DNA from: an uncultured Candidatus Bathyarchaeia archaeon
GTDB taxonomy: Archaea; Thermoproteota; Bathyarchaeia; 40CM-2-53-6
DNA length: 64,000 bases
Reading direction: 5' to 3'
Assembly (NCBI GenBank): GCA_964559555.1
Contig: CAZLHM010000007.1
Location: forward strand, 1,942 to 65,941
Positions within the stretch are counted from its first letter, which is position 1. Every line of letters begins with the position of its first letter. Below are positions 55,751 through 64,000 of this stretch, in pieces. Below the pieces are notes generated by a model. It saw nothing but the letters and a program-made list of their open reading frames with translations. It searched no databases and had not been told where the DNA came from. The translations under genes were made by a program, and so were the position numbers.

Positions 55751-56239
55751 CTACCTCTTCTTTTTGACTTTCTTTGCAGGCTTCTTGGTTGGTTTTGGCT
55801 TCTTGGCTTCAGGCTGGGCACGTTTCTTGGGCACACGGATTGCTTCGACGGTCGGTTCTTTGATCTCGGGAGGTTTCTCTTCGGGTTTTGCCTCCGCAGG
55901 CACGATGACCATGTTGATCTGGTAGGTCTCGTCCGTTATCATGCGACCTCGGACAAGCTTTCTTCTACGTTCTCCGGGCCTTGTCGGTTTGAATCCAACT
56001 CCTCCCGAAAGAACCACATACTTCTTCGCTCCGCCGTGGATGTCGACTCGCAACGGTATTCCGTCCCTATCGCAGCCACCCGTGATCTTGAGCCTGGTTC
56101 CCGAAAGTCCCAGCTGCGAACCGTCAACAACATCACCGATGCTTCTGCCGACGAGAGCCTGTGCTCTTGAACCCTCGAGCTCAGCCACTGTTGCCTTCGC
56201 CGTCTGTGGGTCAGACACAATCATCTTGAATTTGGCCAT
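55751..56239 (-). CDS. rps6e: Ribosomal protein eS6 (S6e) with a K/P/E/A-rich C-terminal tail.
   Basis: MAKFKMIVSDPQT...KITGGCDRDGIPLR...ERRRKLVRG matches the family. The tail is PAEAKPEEKPPEIKEP...KKRAQPEAKKPKPTKKPAKKVKKKR. Confidence 0.9.
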   Translation of the reverse strand: MAKFKMIVSDPQTAKATVAELEGSRAQALVGRSIGDVVDGSQLGLSGTRLKITGGCDRDGIPLRVDIHGGAKKYVVLSGGVGFKPTRPGERRRKLVRGRMITDETYQINMVIVPAEAKPEEKPPEIKEPTVEAIRVPKKRAQPEAKKPKPTKKPAKKVKKKR

Positions 56240-56318
56240 GTTTCGCACCGTCGGACGGAAGTCCTACATACGCAAAGTGACGCGTTTAATAAGCTTGTCA
56301 GCTCGCCGGCAGTATCCA

Positions 56319-56681
56319 CTACGTGTTCTGTTTCCGCAAAAAACCGACAAGCTCTTTCAGATTCAGAAACGCCATCTCATGAAGGGGCGCGGTTCTTCTC
56401 TCTAACCACACGTGACGGGTCTTCATCCCTCTCAAGGCATTCAGCAAAGTCTCAAGTGTGATCGAATCGACATGGGCGTCAGGCCGGGACGCGATCACTG
56501 CCTCTAGCAGCGCATGACGCTCCTTAGCAGTGTGAGTAGCTGCCCTCAATCGAAAGTACACCGGCTTGGACTCGGTCCCTTTGAGAATCCCGAAGATCGT
56601 TCCATCTTTGAGTTCCACCAAGATCGCGTCATATTGGTGGATCTCGTTGATTATGTAGAGGATTTCCGTCTCGGAGATCAT
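56319..56681 (-). CDS. Hypothetical protein (120 aa).
   Basis: It is a clean ORF with no overlapping alternative. I recognise no family. Confidence 0.4.
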   Translation of the reverse strand: MISETEILYIINEIHQYDAILVELKDGTIFGILKGTESKPVYFRLRAATHTAKERHALLEAVIASRPDAHVDSITLETLLNALRGMKTRHVWLERRTAPLHEMAFLNLKELVGFLRKQNT

Positions 56682-56864
56682 CGAGAACTCAAGTCCAAGG
56701 TCTATGATGCTAGCCCGGGCGAGCGCTTAAGATTGTTGCCTGATTTGAAATCGGACAGAATTGTCGCCCGAGTTTGCTGAGACAGTGGATTTTTCACACA
56801 GAAACATTGATAAAAGCAAGCCGTTTGCATAGGCTAGTCTCTGGCAGATGTGCAGGTGAAGCGA

Positions 56865-57254
56865 ATGCCAAAACCGCCCTACGTCAAGTTCGAAGTATCA
56901 AAGGAGATCGTAGACAAAGCGTATCAAGTCGCTCAAGTAGCGAAGGATTCCGGCAAGATAAGGAAGGGAACGAACGAGTCAACAAAGGCAATCGAGCGGG
57001 GACTAGCCAAGCTCGTGCTCATAGCGGAGGATGTGGAACCTCCTCAGGTTGTTGCTCATCTTCCAATCCTATGCGAAGAGAGAAAGATACCCTACTTGTT
57101 CGTCCCAAGCAAACTGGACCTCGGAAGATCGGCGGGAATAGATGTCGGATGTGCCGCAGTTTCAATCATCGAAGCTGGAGAAGGAACGAACACACTGAAA
57201 GATCTCACAGCTGCGGCTGAGCGCCTTAGGACTGGCAGTGGAGCCAAAGCCTAG
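56865..57254 (+). CDS. rpl7ae: Ribosomal protein L7Ae (eL8 family; also a C/D and H/ACA RNP component).
   Basis: YVKFEV..E...[42 protein letters not shown] matches the family. The start is ATG 56865 or GTG 56850. Confidence 0.93.
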   Translation: MPKPPYVKFEVSKEIVDKAYQVAQVAKDSGKIRKGTNESTKAIERGLAKLVLIAEDVEPPQVVAHLPILCEERKIPYLFVPSKLDLGRSAGIDVGCAAVSIIEAGEGTNTLKDLTAAAERLRTGSGAKA

Positions 57255-57256
57255 AT

Positions 57257-57481
57257 ATGTCCGCTGCACGAGAGAAATCAAGAGAAGAGCCAACGCCCGC
57301 CGAGGTTACGCAGGTCATAGGCAGGACCGGCGTTACGGGCGAGGTTATCCAAGTCAGAGTCCGTCTACTAGAAGGAAGGGACAAAGGCCGAATCATAACC
57401 CGCAACGTGAAAGGTCCAATCAGGGTCGGAGATGTTCTCATACTCAGGGAAACGGAGAGAGAGGCTAAGAAGATCAGGTAG
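57257..57481 (+). CDS. rps28e: Ribosomal protein eS28 (S28e).
   Basis: [57 protein letters not shown] matches the family. Confidence 0.93.
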   Translation: MSAAREKSREEPTPAEVTQVIGRTGVTGEVIQVRVRLLEGRDKGRIITRNVKGPIRVGDVLILRETEREAKKIR

Positions 57482-57681
57482 TGTCGAGCTTGCCGAGGAC
57501 GAACAAGTGCTCCTTCTGTGGCAAACCGTTTCCGCCTGCCACGGGAATGATGTACATCAGAAACGACGGGACAATACTGTACTTCTGCTCGGCAAGATGT
57601 CGCAAGAACGTCCTCATCTACAAGCGGGATCCGCGGAAGTTGAAATGGACAGCCTACTACGGCAAGAAAGAGCGCGGCTAG
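57481..57681 (+). CDS. rpl24e: Ribosomal protein eL24 (L24e).
   Basis: [34 protein letters not shown] matches the family. The GTG start overlaps the rps28e stop. Confidence 0.92.
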   Translation: MSSLPRTNKCSFCGKPFPPATGMMYIRNDGTILYFCSARCRKNVLIYKRDPRKLKWTAYYGKKERG

Positions 57682-57759
57682 GATACTGTGGCGGTCAGGG
57701 TTCGGCTACGAAATAGGCATTTCCCCAAGGGCGTGCACGCGACCACAACGCGTGATTGT

Positions 57760-58023
57760 TCAGCCGTATCTATAGGAAATGCCTGCTCCGCCCTTCGGAT
57801 TCACCCACTCAATAAACGGGCATGCAATCCTGCACGTTCCACACTCAACGCAGTTCTCGTAAGCTACGAAGACCTTGGGCTCGACATAGGAGTAGACGTT
57901 GGCAGGACATACATCTAGACAGATCCTGCTCGCGCATTTGGCACATGCTTCATCGTCTACTTTGATGTGCGACTCCTCGTCGACTACGTGTCTCAGCAGG
58001 TACAGTTTCTCTTCGAGTTTCAC
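57760..58023 (-). CDS. fixX: Ferredoxin-like protein FixX.
   Basis: Cys clusters CAKCASRICLDVCP and CVECGTCRIACP are present. It overlaps fixC by 4 nt. Confidence 0.8.
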   Translation of the reverse strand: MKLEEKLYLLRHVVDEESHIKVDDEACAKCASRICLDVCPANVYSYVEPKVFVAYENCVECGTCRIACPFIEWVNPKGGAGISYRYG

Positions 58024-59306
58024 AGGAACTTCCTCCCAAGAACGTAGGCATCTTTCAGCATTCGCGTTACACTGCGCCTAGAGGTGACAATCGTCCTGAT
58101 CTTCTTGATCTTCTCCTCTCTGGAGGCGCCGTCTACATCGAACCACTCGCCCAAGGCCGCGTTGAAGGCTTCGGGATATGCCTGCATGATCTCAAGGTTC
58201 TTTTCGATGTAACGGAGCAGTCCGGATTGTTTCTTCATGTCCCGTACCGGGAACGAGTCGTTCAGTAGGTCTTGGTATTTCGACAATCCGCTGGGAGAAA
58301 AATCGTTGGCTCTGTGCGAATTTGTAGCGACTTCACCTGCAATCCTGCCTGAGAGCACAGCTAGGTCGGCTCCTTCACCTGTGATCGGGTTCGCAAGCAT
58401 TGCAGAGTCACCCACAACAAGCACACCGCCGGAGAAGAGCCTAGGCATGCCGGCGTACCCGCCTTCGGGTATCATGTGAGCTTGGTACTCCTTGACTTGA
58501 CCATCCCGAATGTATGGTTCAACAGAAGGTTCAGCCTTGAAGGTCTCAATCAGGTCATACGGTTTAGCCGCTTCTGTTGTCATCGTCGAAACGATTGCTC
58601 CGAATCCCACCGAGATGGAGTCCAAGTTGGTGTAGAGAAAACCAAAACCTACCAAGCCCTCGAATGGTTCTCCAACGTAGTGTATGGCGGCGCCTTCACC
58701 ATCCTTGAGGCCGAATCGTTCTTGGATTCGATCAGAGGGCAATGTGATGATCTCCTTTACGGCGATTGCCATCTGGTTGGGTTTCGCCCTCTTCGTTAGG
58801 CCGGCCTTCTCGCACAGCATCGCATTCGCGCCTTCAGCTATGACCACTAGGTTAGATGAGACATCTCCTCTGTCCGTTCTCACCCCAGTGATCTTGCTGC
58901 CATCCGAGACCAGTTCTGTGACGTTTGTCTTGTTCACAAGAATTGCACCTGCGTCCTCAGCCTTCTTTGCATACCACCTGTCGAATTTGGACCGTAGAAT
59001 TGTGTATCCCTTTGGTGTTTCTGACTCTCGTGCACGTTTGTAGGTGACCATTGTACTGTCGTTCTTTCCGATCAGGCAGTAGGAGTGCTGAACAATCATT
59101 CTCTCCAGCGGTGCTTCTGTCCAGAACCGCGGAATCAGGTCGTGTAGGGTCTTAACGTAGAGGACGCCGCCTATGACATTCTTGCTGCCTGGGCATTCAC
59201 CCCTCTCTATGACGAGGATTTTCATGCCGCTCTTTGCCATGACGTATGCGGATGTCACACCAGCAGGTCCGGCACCGACCACAATTGCGTCGAACTTCTC
59301 GGTCAA
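58020..59306 (-). CDS. fixC: FAD-dependent oxidoreductase FixC (ETF:quinone oxidoreductase-like).
   Basis: FDAIVVGAGPAGVTSA is the dinucleotide-binding motif. The length and its position between the ETF gene and fixX fit the family. Confidence 0.82.
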   Translation of the reverse strand: MTEKFDAIVVGAGPAGVTSAYVMAKSGMKILVIERGECPGSKNVIGGVLYVKTLHDLIPRFWTEAPLERMIVQHSYCLIGKNDSTMVTYKRARESETPKGYTILRSKFDRWYAKKAEDAGAILVNKTNVTELVSDGSKITGVRTDRGDVSSNLVVIAEGANAMLCEKAGLTKRAKPNQMAIAVKEIITLPSDRIQERFGLKDGEGAAIHYVGEPFEGLVGFGFLYTNLDSISVGFGAIVSTMTTEAAKPYDLIETFKAEPSVEPYIRDGQVKEYQAHMIPEGGYAGMPRLFSGGVLVVGDSAMLANPITGEGADLAVLSGRIAGEVATNSHRANDFSPSGLSKYQDLLNDSFPVRDMKKQSGLLRYIEKNLEIMQAYPEAFNAALGEWFDVDGASREEKIKKIRTIVTSRRSVTRMLKDAYVLGRKFL

Positions 59307-59338
59307 GAAGTAACGATCTCCATATTCAAGTCGTCTAC

Positions 59339-61216
59339 TTAGCGAGTGATTTCCTCGATCAACGCTGGAATTATCTTCCCGGCGTCTCCTATCACGCCAT
59401 AGTTGCAGGAATTGAAAATTGGGGCATCAGGGTCATTGTTCAGAGCTATGACGGTCTCTGCACCCTGTATGCCCACCAAGTGTTGAATGGACCCGGATAT
59501 GGCGACTGCGACATAGAGTTTCGGTCTGATGGTCTTCCCTGTCTGGCCAATTTGGATCTCTTTGTCGGCGAATCCTGACTCTACAGCCTTGCGAGACGCA
59601 CCGACGGCCCCCCCTAGGGCCTTTGCCAGGTCTCTCACAAGCTCAAAGTTCTTAGCTGAACCGAGTCCCCTCCCTCCTGAGACAACGATGTCAGCCTCCT
59701 CAACCATGCTGCTCCTCTCGACCCATTGGAAGTCGAGCACCTTGGTCGGAACCTCCTCCTCTCTCAGGTCTATCTTGACTCTCTCGATCTCACCAGTGCC
59801 CTTGATCTTCGTTGGCTTCGCGAATACCCCGGGCCGAACAGTGCTCATCTGAGGCAAGTGCTTCGGAGTCATGATCATCGCCAGTTGACTTCCGCCAAAT
59901 GTGGGCCTGATCTGAAGCAACAGTCCAGTATCCGGTTCGATGTCAAGTGATGTGCAATCCGCCGTCAAACCTGCGTGTATCTTTGTTGCGACGATGCTCG
60001 CTAGGTCTCTACCATTTCGAGTTGCCCCAATCAACAAGATCTGGGGTGGCCTTGATGTCGCCAACTCAGTCAGACTCTTGGCATATGGCGCAGGACGATA
60101 GTGCATGAGTAGAGGGTGGTCGATCAGGTAGACCTTGGACGCGCCGTAGTTCAAGGCTTCTCGCGCAATTGCATCCACATCGTGCCCAAGAACAACCGCC
60201 TCTAGCTGAGTGCCTAGCTTCCTCGCCAACTTGTGTCCTTCACCAAGCAGCTCCCACGAGACACCTGCGACATGTCCCTCGTTCTGTTCAATGAATACCC
60301 ACACGCCCGCGTGTTCCGAGCTGGGCTGACTCTTGACTACAGGTCGTATGTCCCGGTCTTCCGAAACCAAAGAACTCCCGGATCGTTCTCGACCGATCCT
60401 GCAAGATAGAACCTTGTCCTTCAACCAGCGAGCGGCCTGCGCAGGATCACTCCTACCGTCAAATATCTCTCCTCTTCCCCTAGCTTTGGGGATGAACATC
60501 TTGCGGACCGTTGTAGGCGAGCCGGCCATGCCGATTCTCGCCGGGTCGGCTTCGATCACTTCCTTGTTCCAGAAATCTACCTTTGCCCTTCGGGCATCGA
60601 GAATACCCTGTATCGTTGCCCTACGCGGTTTGTTCACTTCCTCAAGAACCGACACAGCAGCGGGTAGAGAGACTTGGACTGTCTCGACGATCTCGTCGGC
60701 CTTTCTGACCGCGAGGACTGTTCTCCCTTGTGGATCTACCTTTGCTATGCGCTTTGTGTACGTGATTATCGGCACGTCCATCCTAGCGGCGACGCCGGGG
60801 CCCACTTGTCCTGTCTCACCATCGAGTGCCTGTTTTCCAAAGAGCAGAAGGTCAATAGGCCCCTCTTCCTTCTCCACCTTTCGAATGGCTGTAGCGATTG
60901 TATAGCTCGTGGCGTATGTGTCTGCACCGGCCATGGCTCTGTCGGTCAAGAGGATTGCCCGATCAGCGCCCATCGCGAGCAAATCTCTCAGAGCATTTTC
61001 TGCCTGTAACGGTCCCATGGTCATCACGATGACTCTCGCGCCGTAGAGGTCCTTGAGCTTCAAACCTTCCTCAACTGCGTTGACATCTGTGGGATTGATG
61101 ACCGCGGGAATACCTTCTCTGATCAGGGTACCAGTCTCGGGGTCGATCTTTATCTCGGCGGTGTCTGGTACTTGCTTGATGCATGCTAGTACCCGCAATC
61201 TCAGCTTCGCCGCCAT
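59339..61216 (-). CDS. Fused electron-transfer flavoprotein, EtfB (N-terminal) plus EtfA (C-terminal) in one 625-aa polypeptide.
   Basis: The N-terminal half is VLACIKQVPD...INPTDVNAVEEGL...LLFGKQALDGETGQVGP (beta). The C-terminal half is VWVFIEQ...GGRGLGS...RPKLYVAVAISGSIQHLVG (alpha FAD-binding motif). Confidence 0.85.
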   Translation of the reverse strand: MAAKLRLRVLACIKQVPDTAEIKIDPETGTLIREGIPAVINPTDVNAVEEGLKLKDLYGARVIVMTMGPLQAENALRDLLAMGADRAILLTDRAMAGADTYATSYTIATAIRKVEKEEGPIDLLLFGKQALDGETGQVGPGVAARMDVPIITYTKRIAKVDPQGRTVLAVRKADEIVETVQVSLPAAVSVLEEVNKPRRATIQGILDARRAKVDFWNKEVIEADPARIGMAGSPTTVRKMFIPKARGRGEIFDGRSDPAQAARWLKDKVLSCRIGRERSGSSLVSEDRDIRPVVKSQPSSEHAGVWVFIEQNEGHVAGVSWELLGEGHKLARKLGTQLEAVVLGHDVDAIAREALNYGASKVYLIDHPLLMHYRPAPYAKSLTELATSRPPQILLIGATRNGRDLASIVATKIHAGLTADCTSLDIEPDTGLLLQIRPTFGGSQLAMIMTPKHLPQMSTVRPGVFAKPTKIKGTGEIERVKIDLREEEVPTKVLDFQWVERSSMVEEADIVVSGGRGLGSAKNFELVRDLAKALGGAVGASRKAVESGFADKEIQIGQTGKTIRPKLYVAVAISGSIQHLVGIQGAETVIALNNDPDAPIFNSCNYGVIGDAGKIIPALIEEITR

Positions 61217-61373
61217 CGAGTTAGACGACTTCTATTTATTGAATTCTGCACGGGTTCAAACAGGTGACCCACTGCCCCACTGTCTGAGCGAAAGAATGCG
61301 GTCTGCTGATGTAGGATCTCCGTGGAATCGATCATCTGGACGATGGCTCCGATCCTCTCATGCGAGGAGACGA

Positions 61374-63152
61374 TCAGAGCCCCCAGATGGGGTTCTGTCG
61401 TCGCTTCAATTGAATCAGATCCTTTAGCAACTGATCTTCTTCAGGGGGCAATTCAGCAGCGAATTTTGACTGCAGTATCTTCACATGCTTCTCTGGAACG
61501 TCGACAATGAGGCCTTCTCCTTCAACCACGTTCCGGCCGACAACTGCTTTGTCAATTGATGCGGCTACTTGCATTCCTTTCGTCGCTTCCTGTAAGTCCT
61601 TGCCCTTGTCTTGTATCTGCATGATCTCACCTACCCTCCGTCCGTTCTCGTCAATCACCGGATACCTTGAGCGAATCCTCCCAGCTAGAATCTCTACGCC
61701 TACGACGGCGGGCTTGCTTCGCCGAAAGACGAACCCGGGAAGAACCCTCAGCGCCCCTGGCCTAACTAGGCTGTCCAATTCGGCTTTCATACCCGCGGCT
61801 TTCTGGTCCTCGAACCATTTCATGTAATCTTCGATCAGGTGGTAGATTATGTCGGCTTTGAAGATCGGAATCCCTGCAGTCGCTGCTTCCTGCGCCGCGT
61901 CGGGAAGAACTTTGACGTTGAACCCAAGAACCACGGCATGTAGCCTGTCGTCAACCCATACCGCCTCGGCTTCAGCAATATCTCGTCTGGAAATGTCTCC
62001 GACATCCGCGAGTCTGAGGGGAACGTTGTAGTTTGACAGGGAGTTTGTGATCGCCTCGAGAGATCCTAGGGTATCGGTCTTGAGTATGACCCCGTCTCGG
62101 TCGGTTTGTATTCGGAGTCTCTCAACTTCCTCGTCGACAATTCGAGCGTACTCTTTCACGTTCTTGCCGTGTGGAACTGCGTAGAGAGGGGAACCGGCGA
62201 GGGCAAGGTCGAGATTTGGGGCAGCGATCTTCACGCCCGAGGCAGCGGCAATCCGTTCCGCGGTCAAGAACCTATCTCGTGGGTCACGGATCTCGTCAAG
62301 TGGTTTAGGGAGCAGGAGTGCTCGAACCTTTGTTGAGATCGGGCCTTCTCTTCCTCCCAACACGATCGTGTCGTTGACCTTGAGCGTGCCGTCGTAGATG
62401 ATGGCATTGACCGTCATGCCAAGGCCAGGCTCTTCCTTGACCTCAAGAACCGTTCCGAGCGCGGGTCCTCCCTTCATCTCGAGTTTGTCATGCATGTATG
62501 CCTGCGTCAATCCCGCCACGATGGCAAGAAGCTCTGGAATACCTTCCCCGGTCCGGGCGCATGTAGGGATGATTGCCACCACTTTCGTGAAGTCAGTTAT
62601 CTTATCGAAACGGTCTGATCGGAAGCCGAGCCTCGACAAGGTTCCCATTATCGTGTAGATGCGGTTGTCAACTTCCGTCTGGATTTCCGGTGCTTGCTGG
62701 TTGAACGAGAGAATGAATGACGTGTCAGGCGTTGACCTCCATCCTCTTATCAGATCGATCTTGTTGGCAGCCACAACGAATGGGGTCTTTCGGCCCTTGA
62801 GTATGTTCAGAGATTCGGTCGTCTGTGGTTCGACGCCTTTTGAAACGTCAATGACAAGGACTGCGATGTCCGCCGCCGATCCACCTCTACGCCTTAGATT
62901 GGAGAATGTCTCGTGTCCTGGAGTGTCGATGAATAGGAGTCCGGGCACATCTATTTTGATCTTGAATTGATCAAGAAGAGGCCCGCAGATTTCCTTGATG
63001 ACTGAGGAAGGCAGCAGGCTCGCACCGATCCATTGGGTTATCTGGCCTGGTTCACGTGAAGCAACTGAAGTGCCTCGGATCTTGTCAAGGAGAGTGGTCT
63101 TACCGTGATCCACATGACCCAGTACTGCTACGATGGGCTGTCGAAGCGGCAT
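61374..63152 (-). CDS. infB: Translation initiation factor aIF5B (IF-2 homologue).
   Basis: PIVAVLGHVDHGKTTLLDKIRGT, FIDTPGHE and AANKID are present. The 592-aa size fits. Confidence 0.93.
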   Translation of the reverse strand: MPLRQPIVAVLGHVDHGKTTLLDKIRGTSVASREPGQITQWIGASLLPSSVIKEICGPLLDQFKIKIDVPGLLFIDTPGHETFSNLRRRGGSAADIAVLVIDVSKGVEPQTTESLNILKGRKTPFVVAANKIDLIRGWRSTPDTSFILSFNQQAPEIQTEVDNRIYTIMGTLSRLGFRSDRFDKITDFTKVVAIIPTCARTGEGIPELLAIVAGLTQAYMHDKLEMKGGPALGTVLEVKEEPGLGMTVNAIIYDGTLKVNDTIVLGGREGPISTKVRALLLPKPLDEIRDPRDRFLTAERIAAASGVKIAAPNLDLALAGSPLYAVPHGKNVKEYARIVDEEVERLRIQTDRDGVILKTDTLGSLEAITNSLSNYNVPLRLADVGDISRRDIAEAEAVWVDDRLHAVVLGFNVKVLPDAAQEAATAGIPIFKADIIYHLIEDYMKWFEDQKAAGMKAELDSLVRPGALRVLPGFVFRRSKPAVVGVEILAGRIRSRYPVIDENGRRVGEIMQIQDKGKDLQEATKGMQVAASIDKAVVGRNVVEGEGLIVDVPEKHVKILQSKFAAELPPEEDQLLKDLIQLKRRQNPIWGL

Positions 63153-63279
63153 CTCTTGTCATCTCTGAAGAGACGAAACCTGATGAGAGCCAGAACTCTC
63201 TTAAACGTTTGACAAACTAACCCTTCCGTGACAGCAGAAGATCCTGAAGCAGCAAAGCCAGTCTAAGCGCAATTCCTCT

Positions 63280-63286
63280 CACTTTT
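63280..63286 (+). promoter_or_regulatory. TATA-box-like element (TTTTATC) about 40 nt upstream of the second Lhr-type helicase gene.
   Basis: Read directly in the infB/lhr divergent spacer. Confidence 0.3.
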
Positions 63287-63323
63287 ATCGAGCGTTTGTG
63301 TTGATACTGCGGGCTGGCTCCGA

Positions 63324-64000
63324 ATGGAAGTTGCCGAAGCCAACGTCTTCTCGTTGCTAGCGAAGCCGGTGGCTGAGGCAGCAATCGAACGTGGATTCGA
63401 CAGACCAACCGAGGCACAGAATCAAGCCATCCCAAAGATCCTCAACGGCCAGAACGTGCTGCTCATCTCGCCGACAGCTTCGGGAAAGACAGAAGCGGCT
63501 GTCTTGCCAATTCTAAGTCGCCTCATTACATCGAAGACCGACGAGCCGGGCATATCCATCCTATATGTTTCTCCTCTTAGAGCACTGAATCGCGACCTAC
63601 TTGACCGTCTCCAATGGTGGTGCCATCGCCTCGACGTGAAAGTCGCCGTTAGGCATGGAGATACTGAAACAAAGGAGCGGGGGATGCAGGCGAAGAATCC
63701 TCCTGACATGCTCATCCTAACTCCCGAGACTCTGCAGGCGATCATTCCTGGTAGGATCATGCGAAGAAACCTTCGCAAGGTCGGATACGTGGTCGTAGAT
63801 GAAGTCCACGAGCTTGCTGAGGACAAGCGGGGGAGTCAGCTCGCTCTTGCGCTTGAGAGACTTCGCTGGATTACAGGAAGGGAGTTTCAGATAGTCGGTC
63901 TGTCTGCGACAATTGGAACTCCCGAAAGAGTCGCAGGATTCCTTGCGGGCACCAACCGACCTGTCAGTATTGTGCGGGTACCGGTCGGGCGGAAGATGAG
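63324..64000 (+). CDS. lhr: Second Lhr-type DEAD/DEAH helicase, 5' part (runs off the right edge).
   Basis: My own translation from ATG 63324 gives MEVAEANVFSLLAKPVAEAAIERGFDRPTEAQNQAIPKILNGQNVLLISPTASGKTEAAVLPIL...LRALNRDL...VVDEVHELAEDKRGSQL...LSATIG. It is collinear with the N-terminus of the 17871..20777 protein. Confidence 0.85.
   Translation, partial: MEVAEANVFSLLAKPVAEAAIERGFDRPTEAQNQAIPKILNGQNVLLISPTASGKTEAAVLPILSRLITSKTDEPGISILYVSPLRALNRDLLDRLQWWCHRLDVKVAVRHGDTETKERGMQAKNPPDMLILTPETLQAIIPGRIMRRNLRKVGYVVVDEVHELAEDKRGSQLALALERLRWITGREFQIVGLSATIGTPERVAGFLAGTNRPVSIVRVPVGRKM

Noticed and set aside
56704-56780. C/D-box sRNA-like arrangement (ATGATGC ... CTGA ... CTGA) upstream of rpl7ae.
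   Set aside because: The C box is imperfect, the C-to-D' spacing is 29 nt instead of about 12, and there is no clear C' box or terminal stem.
56842-56870. Hairpin TGGCA-N19-TGCCA enclosing the rpl7ae ATG, considered as an autoregulatory K-turn or K-loop.
   Set aside because: The stem is only 5 bp with a 19-nt loop, and the tandem sheared G-A arrangement required for a K-turn is not in register.
1-64000. Search by eye for CRISPR arrays, rRNA genes, canonical tRNAs, IS elements or transposases, integrases and inteins.
   Set aside because: I found no regularly spaced direct repeats and no GGTTCGAATCC-type T-arms outside coding sequence. I saw no DDE or tyrosine-recombinase motifs. The large proteins (IleRS, aIF5B, Lhr, EF-2 part) have normal lengths without intein-sized insertions. 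A computational scan is still needed to be sure.

Overview
This is a dense archaeal chromosomal window with about 70 genes, most of them involved in information processing.

**Information-processing genes**
- Replication and repair: FEN1, ATP-dependent DNA ligase, a RecJ/GAN-like DHH nuclease and two Lhr-type helicases.
- Transcription: TFB, Rpo7 and Spt4.
- Translation: the 5' part of aEF-2, aIF2-gamma, aIF5B, IleRS, CysRS and Pth2.
- RNA processing and turnover: Gar1, KEOPS parts (Kae1, Bud32, two Pcc1-like genes) and the exosome superoperon block (COG1931, Rpp30, Pop5, PsmA, SBDS, Rrp4, Rrp41, Rrp42, L37Ae).
- Ribosomal proteins (10): uS15, eS1, eL15, eL43, eS31, eS24, eS6, eL8/L7Ae, eS28 and eL24.

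**Metabolic and transport genes:** an ECF transporter AAT module, PHI, an MtaD-like deaminase, M20/M24/M29 peptidases, IPK, DUF359 dephospho-CoA kinase, and a fused EtfB-EtfA with FixC/FixX.

**Not found:** I could not recognise any rRNA, tRNA, CRISPR array, transposase or intein.

**Main observations**
1. The aEF-2 gene is interrupted just upstream of its P-loop by a 28-nt sequence. Its ends sit in a bulge-helix-bulge (BHB) motif, and removing it restores the conserved QIRNIGIIAHVDHGKTT sequence exactly. This is a candidate endonuclease-spliced mRNA mini-intron.
2. A tight operon encodes a short, hinge-less SMC5/6-like ATPase, a ScpA-like kleisin and a tandem winged-helix (ScpB/KITE-like) protein. 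It lies beside an Lhr helicase and converges on an orphan TGT/DpdA-like protein.
3. Three ribosomal proteins carry K/A/P/E-rich C-terminal tails, while eL15 lacks its usual tail.
4. A ~5-kb insertion that includes a decayed, coding-poor stretch splits the exosome superoperon.
5. TTG start codons are used unusually often, including in core genes.

All functional calls come from reading the translated ORFs for family motifs. No database search was run.
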